This document shows, piece after piece, positions 34,957-43,689 of a stretch of DNA of 64,000 nt. Both the position numbers and the translations under genes were made by a program. The stretch comes from Elusimicrobiota bacterium (lineage in GTDB: Bacteria; Elusimicrobiota; Elusimicrobia; UBA1565; UBA9628). How positions within the stretch are numbered: position 1 is the stretch's first letter; each line of letters opens with the position of its first letter. The notes beneath the pieces were generated by a model. It was not told the origin of the DNA, searched no databases, and was given only the letters and a program-made list of their open reading frames with translations. The DNA is taken from assembly GCA_031423795.1 (NCBI GenBank), contig JANPGH010000001.1:1656-65655 (forward strand), written 5' to 3'.

Positions 34957-35735
34957 CGACGACCGAAAAGACCTATCAGGTGACGCTCGAGCTATTCGAG
35001 GGTCCGCTGGACCTTCTGCTGTTTCTGGTGAAAAAGGACGACCTTGACATCCACAACATCCCGATCGCCCACATCACCAGGGAGTACCTCTCGTACCTCG
35101 ACTTGATGAAGGAGTTCAATCTCGACGTCGCCGGCGAGTTCCTGGTGATGGCCGCAACCCTGATGGCCTACAAGTCGCGTGCGCTTCTTCCCAGCCAGGA
35201 GACCCTGGAAGACGAGGGGCCCGACCCGACGGCGGAGCTGGCGCAGAAGCTCTTGGAGTATCAGAAGTTCAAGGAAGCCACCAAATATCTGTCGACGAAG
35301 TCCGCGGAAATGGATGACGTATTCTTCCGTGGGGCGCCGCACTTCGAAGAGGCCGAGAAGTCTCCAAACCTATCCCTGTTTGAGCTGATGGACCACATTC
35401 GCGTGATTTTGGAGAACGCGGAAGACGATTCGCGCGAGGTTGCCGGCGAGGAATTCCCGATTGAGGAAAAGATTGAGAAAATCCTTTTCCTCTTGTCGGA
35501 GAAATCGGTGATCGCGTGGGAAGAATTGTTCGCGGATGAACGTAAGCGACGCGGCATTATCGCCTGCTTCCTGGCGATGTTGGAGCTGGCTAAGCTGCAG
35601 AAGATTTTCATCCGACAAGACGCCAACTTCGGAAAGATCCGCATTTTTAAGAAGGAGGCCACCGCCGATGAAGAACAACGTGTCCCTGAAGCCGGAAACC
35701 CTGGAAATCACGGAGAGCCCAATGTCCAATCCTGA
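34953..35735 (+). CDS. scpA: Segregation and condensation protein A
   Basis: 260 aa. Motif LELFEGPLDLLLFLVKKDDLDIHNIPIA. ATGA overlap with trpS. Confidence 0.9.
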   Translation: MTTTEKTYQVTLELFEGPLDLLLFLVKKDDLDIHNIPIAHITREYLSYLDLMKEFNLDVAGEFLVMAATLMAYKSRALLPSQETLEDEGPDPTAELAQKLLEYQKFKEATKYLSTKSAEMDDVFFRGAPHFEEAEKSPNLSLFELMDHIRVILENAEDDSREVAGEEFPIEEKIEKILFLLSEKSVIAWEELFADERKRRGIIACFLAMLELAKLQKIFIRQDANFGKIRIFKKEATADEEQRVPEAGNPGNHGEPNVQS

Positions 35736-36516
35736 GGCCGAAGCCGTCCGAGCCGAACTCGGAATCGACACGCCCGATGTCGTCGGTCCCGCCGCCGATT
35801 TAGTCGCGCAGGCTCCTGCCGCGACGCCTAATAATGACCCGGTTCTGTTACGCAGGACGTTAGAGGGACTGCTCTTCATCACCGACCGACCGCTCTCGGC
35901 GGCCGAACTGGGTAAGCTCGTCAATGTGCGCGACCAAGACCGTATCGTCGCGGTCGTCGAGGACATGCGCCGGGAGCTTGAGGAGCGCTGCGTCGGGTAT
36001 CGCCTGATCGCCGTAGCGGAGGGTTGGCAGATGGCCACTAGGTCCGAGCTCGCGCCTTATGTCCGGAAATTGTTCGCCGATCGCGCGACCATGCGCCTGT
36101 CGACCGCGGCTCAAGAAACATTATCGATCATCGCCTACCGCCAACCGCTGACGCGCGCCGAGATCGAGACGATTCGCGGTGTCGAAGTAATCGCAGCGCT
36201 CGAGACGCTGCTTGAGAAACGGTTGACGAAGGTGGTCGGCCGCAAGGAGACCGTCGGTCGGCCCTTGATGTACGGAACGACGTCCGAGTTCCTGCGTCAT
36301 TTCGGCCTGCGCACGCTGGAAGACTTGCCACCGCTGGACAGTTTCATCGTCTCGCAGCCCATCGCGGCGACTGAAGGTGGGACGATGATCGTGGACGCTC
36401 CGATTGTTGAGGAGACAATCGCGATCGAAGCGGCCGCAGAATCAGCGCTCTCAGAAGCGCAGACGGCGCCGGACGAGAGCAAGGGGGAGCCCGGCGATTC
36501 CCACTGGCCGAAGTGA
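35722..36516 (+). CDS. scpB: Segregation and condensation protein B
   Basis: Motifs LEGLLFITDRPLS, ETLSIIAYRQPLTRAEIE.IRGV and GRPLMYGTT.EFL. The start is ATG 35722 or ATG 35668; both overlap scpA. Confidence 0.85.
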   Translation: MSNPEAEAVRAELGIDTPDVVGPAADLVAQAPAATPNNDPVLLRRTLEGLLFITDRPLSAAELGKLVNVRDQDRIVAVVEDMRRELEERCVGYRLIAVAEGWQMATRSELAPYVRKLFADRATMRLSTAAQETLSIIAYRQPLTRAEIETIRGVEVIAALETLLEKRLTKVVGRKETVGRPLMYGTTSEFLRHFGLRTLEDLPPLDSFIVSQPIAATEGGTMIVDAPIVEETIAIEAAAESALSEAQTAPDESKGEPGDSHWPK

Positions 36517-37952
36517 AAATACTTTTCATCGCCAGCGAGGCGGTCCCGTTCTGTAAGACGGGAGGGCTTGCGGACGTGGTGGGCACGCTCGCGCAGCGCC
36601 TCGGAGTCGCCGGCCATGACGTGTGTCTGTTCCTGCCGAAGTATAGCGCGGTTCGCGCCACGCCCCTCGACGAGGGTCAGGCGCGTCCGGTCCGCGTGCC
36701 GTTCGCAGACGGCAGCGTCGAGGTGGGTCTGCGATTCTTGCATCGCCGTTCGGTGTCCAATTACTTCGTCGATTACCCGCGGTTTTTCGACCGTGAGGGG
36801 TTGTACGGCGTCTCTGGTCATGACCACGAGGACAACGACCGTCGTTTCGCGCTGTTCTGCCTCGCCGCACTTCAGGGAGCCAAGGCGATCGGTTTTAGGC
36901 CGGACATCATCCATGCCCATGACTGGCAGACCGGCCTGGTGTGCGCGCATCTCAAGCGCCGGTATGCCCGCGACCCGTTTTTTTCCGGGACGCGCTCCAT
37001 CTTCACCGTCCACAATTTAGCCTACCAAGGCAATTTTCCGCGCGCGGCGCTGGAAATCGCCGGTTTCGGCCCCGAGGATTGGACATCCGACGGACTGGAG
37101 TACTACGGCAAAGTCAGCTACCTTAAAGCCGGCCTTGCTTATGCGGATCGGATCACTACCGTGAGCCCTACCTATGCTTCGGAAATCCAAGGGGCGCAGC
37201 ATGGATTTGGTTTCGAGGGTCTTTTGCAGCGGCGCCAGAAAGTCCTCAGCGGCGTGCTCAATGGGTTGGACACTGATTTATGGGATCCGACGCGTGACTC
37301 TTCCCTCACGCGCCGATACGGCGCCCCCGATGCCGCCGCCGGCAAAGCGGCGTGCAAAGAAGCTTTGCAAAAAGAGTGCGGTCTTGAAGTCCGGCCCGAC
37401 CGAGCATTGATTGGCGTCGTTTCGCGCTTAGACTATCAGAAGGGGCTCGACCTTGCCGTGTCCGCCGTCGAACCTCGATTGGATCGCGCCCAGTTTGTGG
37501 TCGTGGGCACCGGTGATCCTGCGCTGACCGAGCAATTCGCGGCGTTCGAGCGCCGTCATCCGGGCCGGGTGTACTTTCATCGACAATTCGACGAGTCGTT
37601 CGCCCATCGCGTATACGCGGCGACGGACATTTTCTTAATGCCATCTAGGTTCGAGCCCTGTGGGCTCGGTCAAATGATCGCGATGCGCTACGGGGCGGTT
37701 CCCGTTGCAACAAACACCGGCGGCCTTGCCGACACGGTGTTCGAACAGCCCTCCGGGGAAATGCGCGCAAACGGCTTTCTCTGTCGGCCGAACGATGCCG
37801 TCGACCTTGCTGCGGCATTGGACCGCGCGCTTGAGGCACGCCGCTCGGGGAATTGGGACGCGCGCGTCCAGGCGGCACTGGCCGGTAATTATTCCTGGGA
37901 TCGCTCGGTCGAAAAGTATCTGGACGTTTATAAAGAAGTGCTGCGCCAATGA
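36513..37952 (+). CDS. glgA: Glycogen (starch) synthase
   Basis: 479 aa. Motifs MKILFIASEAVPFCKTGGLADVVG and PSRFEPCGL. GTGA overlap with scpB. Confidence 0.9.
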   Translation: MKILFIASEAVPFCKTGGLADVVGTLAQRLGVAGHDVCLFLPKYSAVRATPLDEGQARPVRVPFADGSVEVGLRFLHRRSVSNYFVDYPRFFDREGLYGVSGHDHEDNDRRFALFCLAALQGAKAIGFRPDIIHAHDWQTGLVCAHLKRRYARDPFFSGTRSIFTVHNLAYQGNFPRAALEIAGFGPEDWTSDGLEYYGKVSYLKAGLAYADRITTVSPTYASEIQGAQHGFGFEGLLQRRQKVLSGVLNGLDTDLWDPTRDSSLTRRYGAPDAAAGKAACKEALQKECGLEVRPDRALIGVVSRLDYQKGLDLAVSAVEPRLDRAQFVVVGTGDPALTEQFAAFERRHPGRVYFHRQFDESFAHRVYAATDIFLMPSRFEPCGLGQMIAMRYGAVPVATNTGGLADTVFEQPSGEMRANGFLCRPNDAVDLAAALDRALEARRSGNWDARVQAALAGNYSWDRSVEKYLDVYKEVLRQ

Positions 37953-39499
37953 ATAGGATCGAAATATTGCTGGCAGCACCGGTGCTGGCGCTCGCTTTGC
38001 TCGCCGCCGGAACCGCCCCGCAGCGTGTCGGCGTCCGGTCGGTATTGGCTGCTGTCGACGCGGAGTCTTTCGCCGCACTCGCCGCGCTGCGCCCGGAGAC
38101 CGCCGGTGATTTGTGGGATCGTCTCAAGGCGATGGGCGTTTCGGCAGCCATTTTGCGTGAGGAGTCGCTGGCCGACTTGGCGGCGCGCGGCGAAGTGCTG
38201 AATTTCACGCGCGCGGAAGTTGAGAGATGGCGGGCGGCAGGGTTGATCTCTCAGTCATCGAGCTTGAGAGGCGGCACGCTGTGGTCTAAAGATGCGAAGT
38301 CGCTCGTTCGTGCGATGGAGGCATTTGCGGCCGCGGGCATTGACGCGACGACCACGACGATCTCAGGCGCTCGCGGCCTGGACGTTCCGCCCGGAATTGA
38401 GCTCGGCCGCATACCCGCAGGGTTCGATCCAGCCGCGGTTGCAGCGCTTTCTTCGGCCGGGCTCATCCCGGTTGCCGCCTCGACCGATTCCGTGGCCTCG
38501 TTGGCGGGACAGCGCCTGTGGGTGCGTACTTTAGGCGTCGGCGCGCGTCCCGGAGAGATTTTGCGCGCAGCGATGAGCCGACCGATGCGCCTGATCGTAT
38601 TCCATCCGCGCCTGGACGCGGGCCTTGACGCCAATCTTGAACACTTGCGCGGGGCGCTACGAACCTTGCGCGACGTCGACCAGCCGTCGACCCTTCCCGA
38701 CGAGCCGCCACCATTGGCGGAGGGAAAATTTGAAAGCGGAGCGCGCTTGTTGCTGGTGTGGTTTCTGGGGGCGGCGGGGCCGCTTCTCGCAGTGCGCGCG
38801 GCCCTGCACGTTGCGCGTTCGTTACGCAGGAAAGTGGAGGAATTGGCTCCGCTTTCGTCGCCGGTGCCGCAAGTCGTCGCTGGACTTGGCGCCGCGTGGG
38901 CCACGGCTGCGTTTGTCGCGCTGGCCGTCGTCGGAGCGGCGCCGATCGGTTGGCGCGACGGCGGCGCGCGCGGGTGGATGATTTGGACATGGTGCGCGCC
39001 GGTCGTCGTCGGCGCGATCGCCATTTTTTCGGCGGCCGGCCCGAAATGGTCCGAAAGCTGGTCGACGCCCGTGCGCCGTCGGGATCTCGCAGCACTCGCG
39101 GTGCTTGCGGGCGCCGCGACGTTGCTTCTTGGGCCGCGCGCCGCCGTGCGCATCTCTGCGTTTTGGGAATCCTTCGATCAAATTTCCGCGGCGGGAGCCT
39201 TCTGGTGGTGGCCGTGGCATTGGCGCGCGGCGTTGGTTGGCGTGCCAAGTCTGGCACTTGCGTTGGCATTCGTCGAAAAGTGCGATGCGGTCGAAGGCCC
39301 GCACTCAATAGGCGTCGATCCGCGCAGCTGGCTTGCGCTCGGATTGCTCGGTCCGGCAGGCCTCGTGGCGGTCGTCGGCGGAGGCGGTTCGACGCTTACT
39401 GATGCGCTGGCCCACGGAGGGTGGGCGTGGTTGATTGGGATGGCGGTCGCGGGGCTCCTGGTGTTGGCGCGCAACCTCGCTGATCGCTGGATATCGTAG
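37949..39499 (+). CDS. Membrane protein with a soluble N-domain and a multi-TM C-half (possibly DUF5693-like)
   Basis: 516 aa. ATGA overlap with glgA. The family call is tentative. Confidence 0.5.
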   Translation: MNRIEILLAAPVLALALLAAGTAPQRVGVRSVLAAVDAESFAALAALRPETAGDLWDRLKAMGVSAAILREESLADLAARGEVLNFTRAEVERWRAAGLISQSSSLRGGTLWSKDAKSLVRAMEAFAAAGIDATTTTISGARGLDVPPGIELGRIPAGFDPAAVAALSSAGLIPVAASTDSVASLAGQRLWVRTLGVGARPGEILRAAMSRPMRLIVFHPRLDAGLDANLEHLRGALRTLRDVDQPSTLPDEPPPLAEGKFESGARLLLVWFLGAAGPLLAVRAALHVARSLRRKVEELAPLSSPVPQVVAGLGAAWATAAFVALAVVGAAPIGWRDGGARGWMIWTWCAPVVVGAIAIFSAAGPKWSESWSTPVRRRDLAALAVLAGAATLLLGPRAAVRISAFWESFDQISAAGAFWWWPWHWRAALVGVPSLALALAFVEKCDAVEGPHSIGVDPRSWLALGLLGPAGLVAVVGGGGSTLTDALAHGGWAWLIGMAVAGLLVLARNLADRWIS

Positions 39500-39510
39500 A
39501 CTCCCCTTCG

Positions 39511-40251
39511 ATGAGCGCAAAATCGCGAGCCGTTTGGATCTTTGCCGTCGCCGCTCTGGCGGCGTTGACGGTGCAAAGCCTTTTGATCGTGGAAGGCCAG
39601 TGTCGCCGTCTTGAGTCGGCGCTCAGCGATGATTTTCGCGTGGTCTTCTTCCTGCATGGACCGATCGAGGACGCCAAGCGCCTGGTGATCGAGGAAAAAA
39701 TTCGCGCGGACCCCGAAGCGGCGGAGGTCCGTTACGTCTCACCGGAGGAGGCCCTGGCGTCGCTAAAGCGGGAGGATCCCGACCTCGTGGATTCGATCGC
39801 GTTCGTCGGAAACAACCCGCTGCCCGGCGCCTTCGAGATCCGCCCCTCCGCGAAGGTTTTGACGCGCTTGGCGGCATGGATTGGGTCCTTACAGGCGGTC
39901 GGATCCTGGTCAGACGTGCGTTGGAAGCCCGCGCAGCTGCAAGCCATCCTCCGCGCGCGGCTGTATGCGCACTGGCTGAGGCTCATTTTGAGCACGATAA
40001 TTTGCGGAGCGGCCGCGCTGACTTTGTGGGTGCTGTGGATTTCGCTCTACGGCCACGGCCGCGATCGGCGGCTGGTTTGGGCCGGTGCTCTGGGCGGAAT
40101 AGCGGGACTGGCGATAGCTGCACTCTTTGCCTGGCCGTTGCGGCGCGACCTCCTCTTGTGGGCCTGGCCGCCAATCTGGACGCAGTTCGTCGTCGTCGCC
40201 GCGTGCGCGGTCCTGGGTGGATGTTTGTCGATATGGCGCGCCGAGGCCTGA
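39511..40251 (+). CDS. FtsX-like cell-division permease-like protein
   Basis: 246 aa. The order is TM, then an FtsX-type extracellular domain (VRYVSPEEALASL...GNNPLPGAFEI), then C-terminal TMs. Confidence 0.6.
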   Translation: MSAKSRAVWIFAVAALAALTVQSLLIVEGQCRRLESALSDDFRVVFFLHGPIEDAKRLVIEEKIRADPEAAEVRYVSPEEALASLKREDPDLVDSIAFVGNNPLPGAFEIRPSAKVLTRLAAWIGSLQAVGSWSDVRWKPAQLQAILRARLYAHWLRLILSTIICGAAALTLWVLWISLYGHGRDRRLVWAGALGGIAGLAIAALFAWPLRRDLLLWAWPPIWTQFVVVAACAVLGGCLSIWRAEA

Positions 40252-41363
40252 TCCTCCTGGTCGCTGCCGGTTTGGCGGTCTCACCTGCGGCCGCGCAAAA
40301 ACGCCAGAAGGAAGAGCTTTCGCGCATCCAGAGCGAGCTGCGCAAAACCCTATCGGAGTTGGAAACGCTGCGCACGTCCGAATCGGCCCTGGGCAAAGAC
40401 GTCAGTCGCCTTGAGGATCTTGACGCCTCCTCCCGCCTGCGCGTCGAAAAACTACAGGCCGTTATCCGTCGCGCCGAGACGCGCAAATCTGAGCTCAAGA
40501 GTCGCCTTGACGCGGCGAGCCGCGTCCATGAATATTGGATGGCGTCGCTGTCGGTCGAGGTCGCGCGCCACTGCGCCGCCGCGTCGGGCCGGGCCGATTT
40601 CTATGGCACCCCCGAGATTTGGGCCGACGAACTGCGCCGCGCCGCGATCCTCGAAAAAAGTCGGCACTTGCGCGGACTGAAGGGTTTCCAGAAAAAGACG
40701 GAGAAGGCGGAGGCGGTTGAACGTCGGCGCGCCGAGGACCTGGCGACCAGCCGGCGCCGCGTCGAAGGCGAACGCGAAAACCGCCGCAAGGAGTACGAGG
40801 CTAAAAAGACCCAGCTCGAGCATGCTCAGACCCAGGTGGCCGAAGCCGCGCGCCGGGCCAAGGAGCTCGAGGAAAACGCGAAAGCCCTCACCTCATTGCT
40901 CGAAAAACTCAGCAAGGCCGCACGCGTCCGTAAGCCCGCCGGCGTCAAGGCGACGCTCGATATGCCGCCGCATTCCCTACCGTGGCCGGCGGCAGGACGG
41001 GTGCTGACCGGATTTGGTCGCGAAAAAGACAGAGAACTCGGGACTTGGACGGTTCACCAGGGAATGACGATGGCGACCGACGCAGGTGCCGCGGTGAAGG
41101 CGGTTGCCGCGGGGCGGGTAATTTTCTCCGGACCTTTCCGCTCATACGGCAAGGTACTGATCGTCGATCACGGCAGCGGATTTTTCAGCGTGTATGGAAG
41201 CCTGGGCGACGTTGGAAAAGAAAAAGGATCGGAGGTTCGTGCCGGCGAGCGGTTGGCCGCGGCGGGTGCCGGACCCAACGGTTCCGGGGGACGGGTTTAT
41301 TTGGAAATCCGACGCGGGACCGAGGCGTTAGACCCGGCGGAGTGGCTGGAGAAAGGCAAATGA
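40233..41363 (+). CDS. EnvC-like murein hydrolase activator (coiled coil plus M23 peptidase domain)
   Basis: 376 aa from ATG 40233. It has a signal peptide and a long coiled coil. The C-terminal part reads GRVIFSGPFRSYGKVLIVDHGSGFFSVYG. Confidence 0.8.
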   Translation: MARRGLILLVAAGLAVSPAAAQKRQKEELSRIQSELRKTLSELETLRTSESALGKDVSRLEDLDASSRLRVEKLQAVIRRAETRKSELKSRLDAASRVHEYWMASLSVEVARHCAAASGRADFYGTPEIWADELRRAAILEKSRHLRGLKGFQKKTEKAEAVERRRAEDLATSRRRVEGERENRRKEYEAKKTQLEHAQTQVAEAARRAKELEENAKALTSLLEKLSKAARVRKPAGVKATLDMPPHSLPWPAAGRVLTGFGREKDRELGTWTVHQGMTMATDAGAAVKAVAAGRVIFSGPFRSYGKVLIVDHGSGFFSVYGSLGDVGKEKGSEVRAGERLAAAGAGPNGSGGRVYLEIRRGTEALDPAEWLEKGK

Positions 41364-42697
41364 AATCAAACATGAAGACATCGCTGTTCCTTTTACTTTC
41401 CTTCGGCCTGATGGCTGTGGCGGCCCCTGCGCATGCGGCCGCCAAGTCCGCGACGGACAACACTTATGAGCAAATGAAGTTGCTCGTGGACGTGCTCGGC
41501 TACATCCAAGACAATTACGTCGACGACACGCAGACGCAGAAACTCGTTTACGGGGCGGCGGAAGGGATGGTGCGAACTCTCGATCCGTTTTCCCAGTTCC
41601 TCGAGCCCGAGATGAACCGCGAGATGAAAACCGAAACCGAAGGGCAGTTCGGCGGGGTCGGCCTGCGGTTGAACTTGAAAGAGGAATGGCTGACCGTGAT
41701 GACGCCGATGCCGGGATCTCCGGCTTATCGTCTCGGCATCCTGCCCAACGACCGGATAGCTGAAATCGAGGGGACTCCGACCAAGGATATGGACATGGAA
41801 GACGCGCTCAAAAAAATGCGCGGCGCTCCCGGCACCAAGGTCAAGATCAAGGTGTACCGTTCCACCGGCGAAGCTCGGGACGCGGTGTGGAAGCCGAAGG
41901 ATTTCGAGATCACTCGCGAGCTGGTCAAGATCGAGTCGGTCGTCGCCAAGAAGCTGGAAGGCGGTGTGGGCTACGCGCGCATCATCGAATTCAGCGCGAA
42001 GACCTCCGACGATGTGAACGAGGCGCTGCGGGCGTTGGCCAAGGACGGCATGACAAGCCTGATCCTCGATTTGCGCAACAATCCCGGTGGACTGCTGTCC
42101 GCGGCGGTCGAAGTTTCCTCATTATTTCTGGGCGAAGGTAAGCTCATCGTTTACACGCAGGGCCGCAAGCCGGAAAGCCGACAGGATTTTACTTCAGGAT
42201 TGAAAGCTCCGTACGCGAATCTGCCTCTGGTCATCTTGATCAACGGGGGGTCGGCGTCGGCCTCCGAAATCGTATCCGGGGCGATGCAGGATCACAAACG
42301 GGCTGTCGTCGTCGGCCAACGCAGCTACGGCAAGGCGAGCGTCCAGTCTCTAATTCCGCTGCCGGATGGTTCCGGCCTGCGGCTGACGGTCGCAAGGTAC
42401 TACACGCCACTGGGCCGCTCAATTCATCGCGACGAGAAGAACAAGACCGGAGGAATTCCGCCTGATATCGCGGTCACGATGTCTTCCGACGACGAAGCCA
42501 AGCTTTACGAGCAGTGGGAAATGATCTACGCCAAGGACCGCAAGCCTCAGTCCGCGGTCAAGCCTGAGGACGCCGTACGCGACGAGCAGCTCGACCGCGC
42601 GGTGGAATTACTCAAGGCGCGCGACGTCTTGGGAGCGCTTAAGACTAGCGTCGAGATATCCTCGCCTGCGGCTGCCGGAGCCCACCCCCCGAAATGA
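41360..42697 (+). CDS. S41 carboxy-terminal processing protease
   Basis: 445 aa. ATGA overlap with the upstream gene. A PDZ region is present, with motifs LILDLRNNPGGLL and LINGGSASASEI. Confidence 0.9.
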   Translation: MKSNMKTSLFLLLSFGLMAVAAPAHAAAKSATDNTYEQMKLLVDVLGYIQDNYVDDTQTQKLVYGAAEGMVRTLDPFSQFLEPEMNREMKTETEGQFGGVGLRLNLKEEWLTVMTPMPGSPAYRLGILPNDRIAEIEGTPTKDMDMEDALKKMRGAPGTKVKIKVYRSTGEARDAVWKPKDFEITRELVKIESVVAKKLEGGVGYARIIEFSAKTSDDVNEALRALAKDGMTSLILDLRNNPGGLLSAAVEVSSLFLGEGKLIVYTQGRKPESRQDFTSGLKAPYANLPLVILINGGSASASEIVSGAMQDHKRAVVVGQRSYGKASVQSLIPLPDGSGLRLTVARYYTPLGRSIHRDEKNKTGGIPPDIAVTMSSDDEAKLYEQWEMIYAKDRKPQSAVKPEDAVRDEQLDRAVELLKARDVLGALKTSVEISSPAAAGAHPPK

Positions 42698-43689
42698 GGG
42701 TACTCGGCATCGAGACCTCCTGCGACGACACGTCGGCGGCGGTGGTCGAAAACGGCCGCTTGCTGTCGAACGTGGTTTCGTCGCAAACCAAAATTCATCG
42801 TCCGTTCCGCGGAGTCGTGCCGGAGCTAGCGTCGCGTGCCCACTTGACCAACCTGCTTCCGGTTTTGGAAAAAGCGCTGGCCGACGCCGGTCGAGGCCGC
42901 GTGGACGCCGTCGCGTTTACCCGCGGCCCAGGGCTGATGGGGCCGCTTTTGGTCGGCAAGGTCGCCGGAGAGACGCTCGCGCGGCTTTACGGATGTCCGG
43001 CGGTCGGGATCAACCATCTCGAGGGCCACATATTGGCGTCCGAACTCGAGCACCGGTTGCGCTTGCCGTTGATCGCCTTGATCGTGTCGGGCGGACACAC
43101 CGATTTGGTTCACGCCACCGCGGTCGGGCGCTACCGAGTTCTCGGACGGACCTTGGACGACGCAGCAGGCGAGGCCTACGATAAAGTTGCGCGCCTTTTC
43201 GGCCTCGGTTACCCGGGAGGACCCGAAATCGACAAGTTGGCGGCAAACGGGAACCCGAAAGCCGTCGCCTTCCCGCGCTCGGCTCCGGGGACCGGCTGGG
43301 ATTTCTCGTTTTCCGGGCTTAAAACCGCAGTTCTTTATCACTTGCGCGACAATCCTAGACCAATGACTGGGAAACGCCGCGCCGATTTGTGCGCGTCTTT
43401 TCAAGAAGCGGTGGCGGAGACTTTAGTAAACCGAACGTTGGCGGCCGCCCAGAAATTTTCCGTCAAGGATATCGTAATCGGGGGCGGCGTCGCCGCGAAT
43501 TCGCGCTTACGCGCGCTATTAAAAACCCGCGGCGAAGCCGCGGGTTATGCCGTCAGACTGCCGTCACGGATTCTTTGCACCGATAATGCGGCGATGATCG
43601 CGCATGCCGGCTGGCGACGGATTTCTTCAGGACGTCCCATCAGTTCCGGCCGAGTCGATCCCAGCTTGGCGTTGCGCAGTTGGGCATGA
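42694..43689 (+). CDS. tsaD: tRNA N6-adenosine threonylcarbamoyltransferase
   Basis: 331 aa. Motifs MRVLGIETSCDDTS, INHLEGH and SGGHT. Confidence 0.95.
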   Translation: MRVLGIETSCDDTSAAVVENGRLLSNVVSSQTKIHRPFRGVVPELASRAHLTNLLPVLEKALADAGRGRVDAVAFTRGPGLMGPLLVGKVAGETLARLYGCPAVGINHLEGHILASELEHRLRLPLIALIVSGGHTDLVHATAVGRYRVLGRTLDDAAGEAYDKVARLFGLGYPGGPEIDKLAANGNPKAVAFPRSAPGTGWDFSFSGLKTAVLYHLRDNPRPMTGKRRADLCASFQEAVAETLVNRTLAAAQKFSVKDIVIGGGVAANSRLRALLKTRGEAAGYAVRLPSRILCTDNAAMIAHAGWRRISSGRPISSGRVDPSLALRSWA

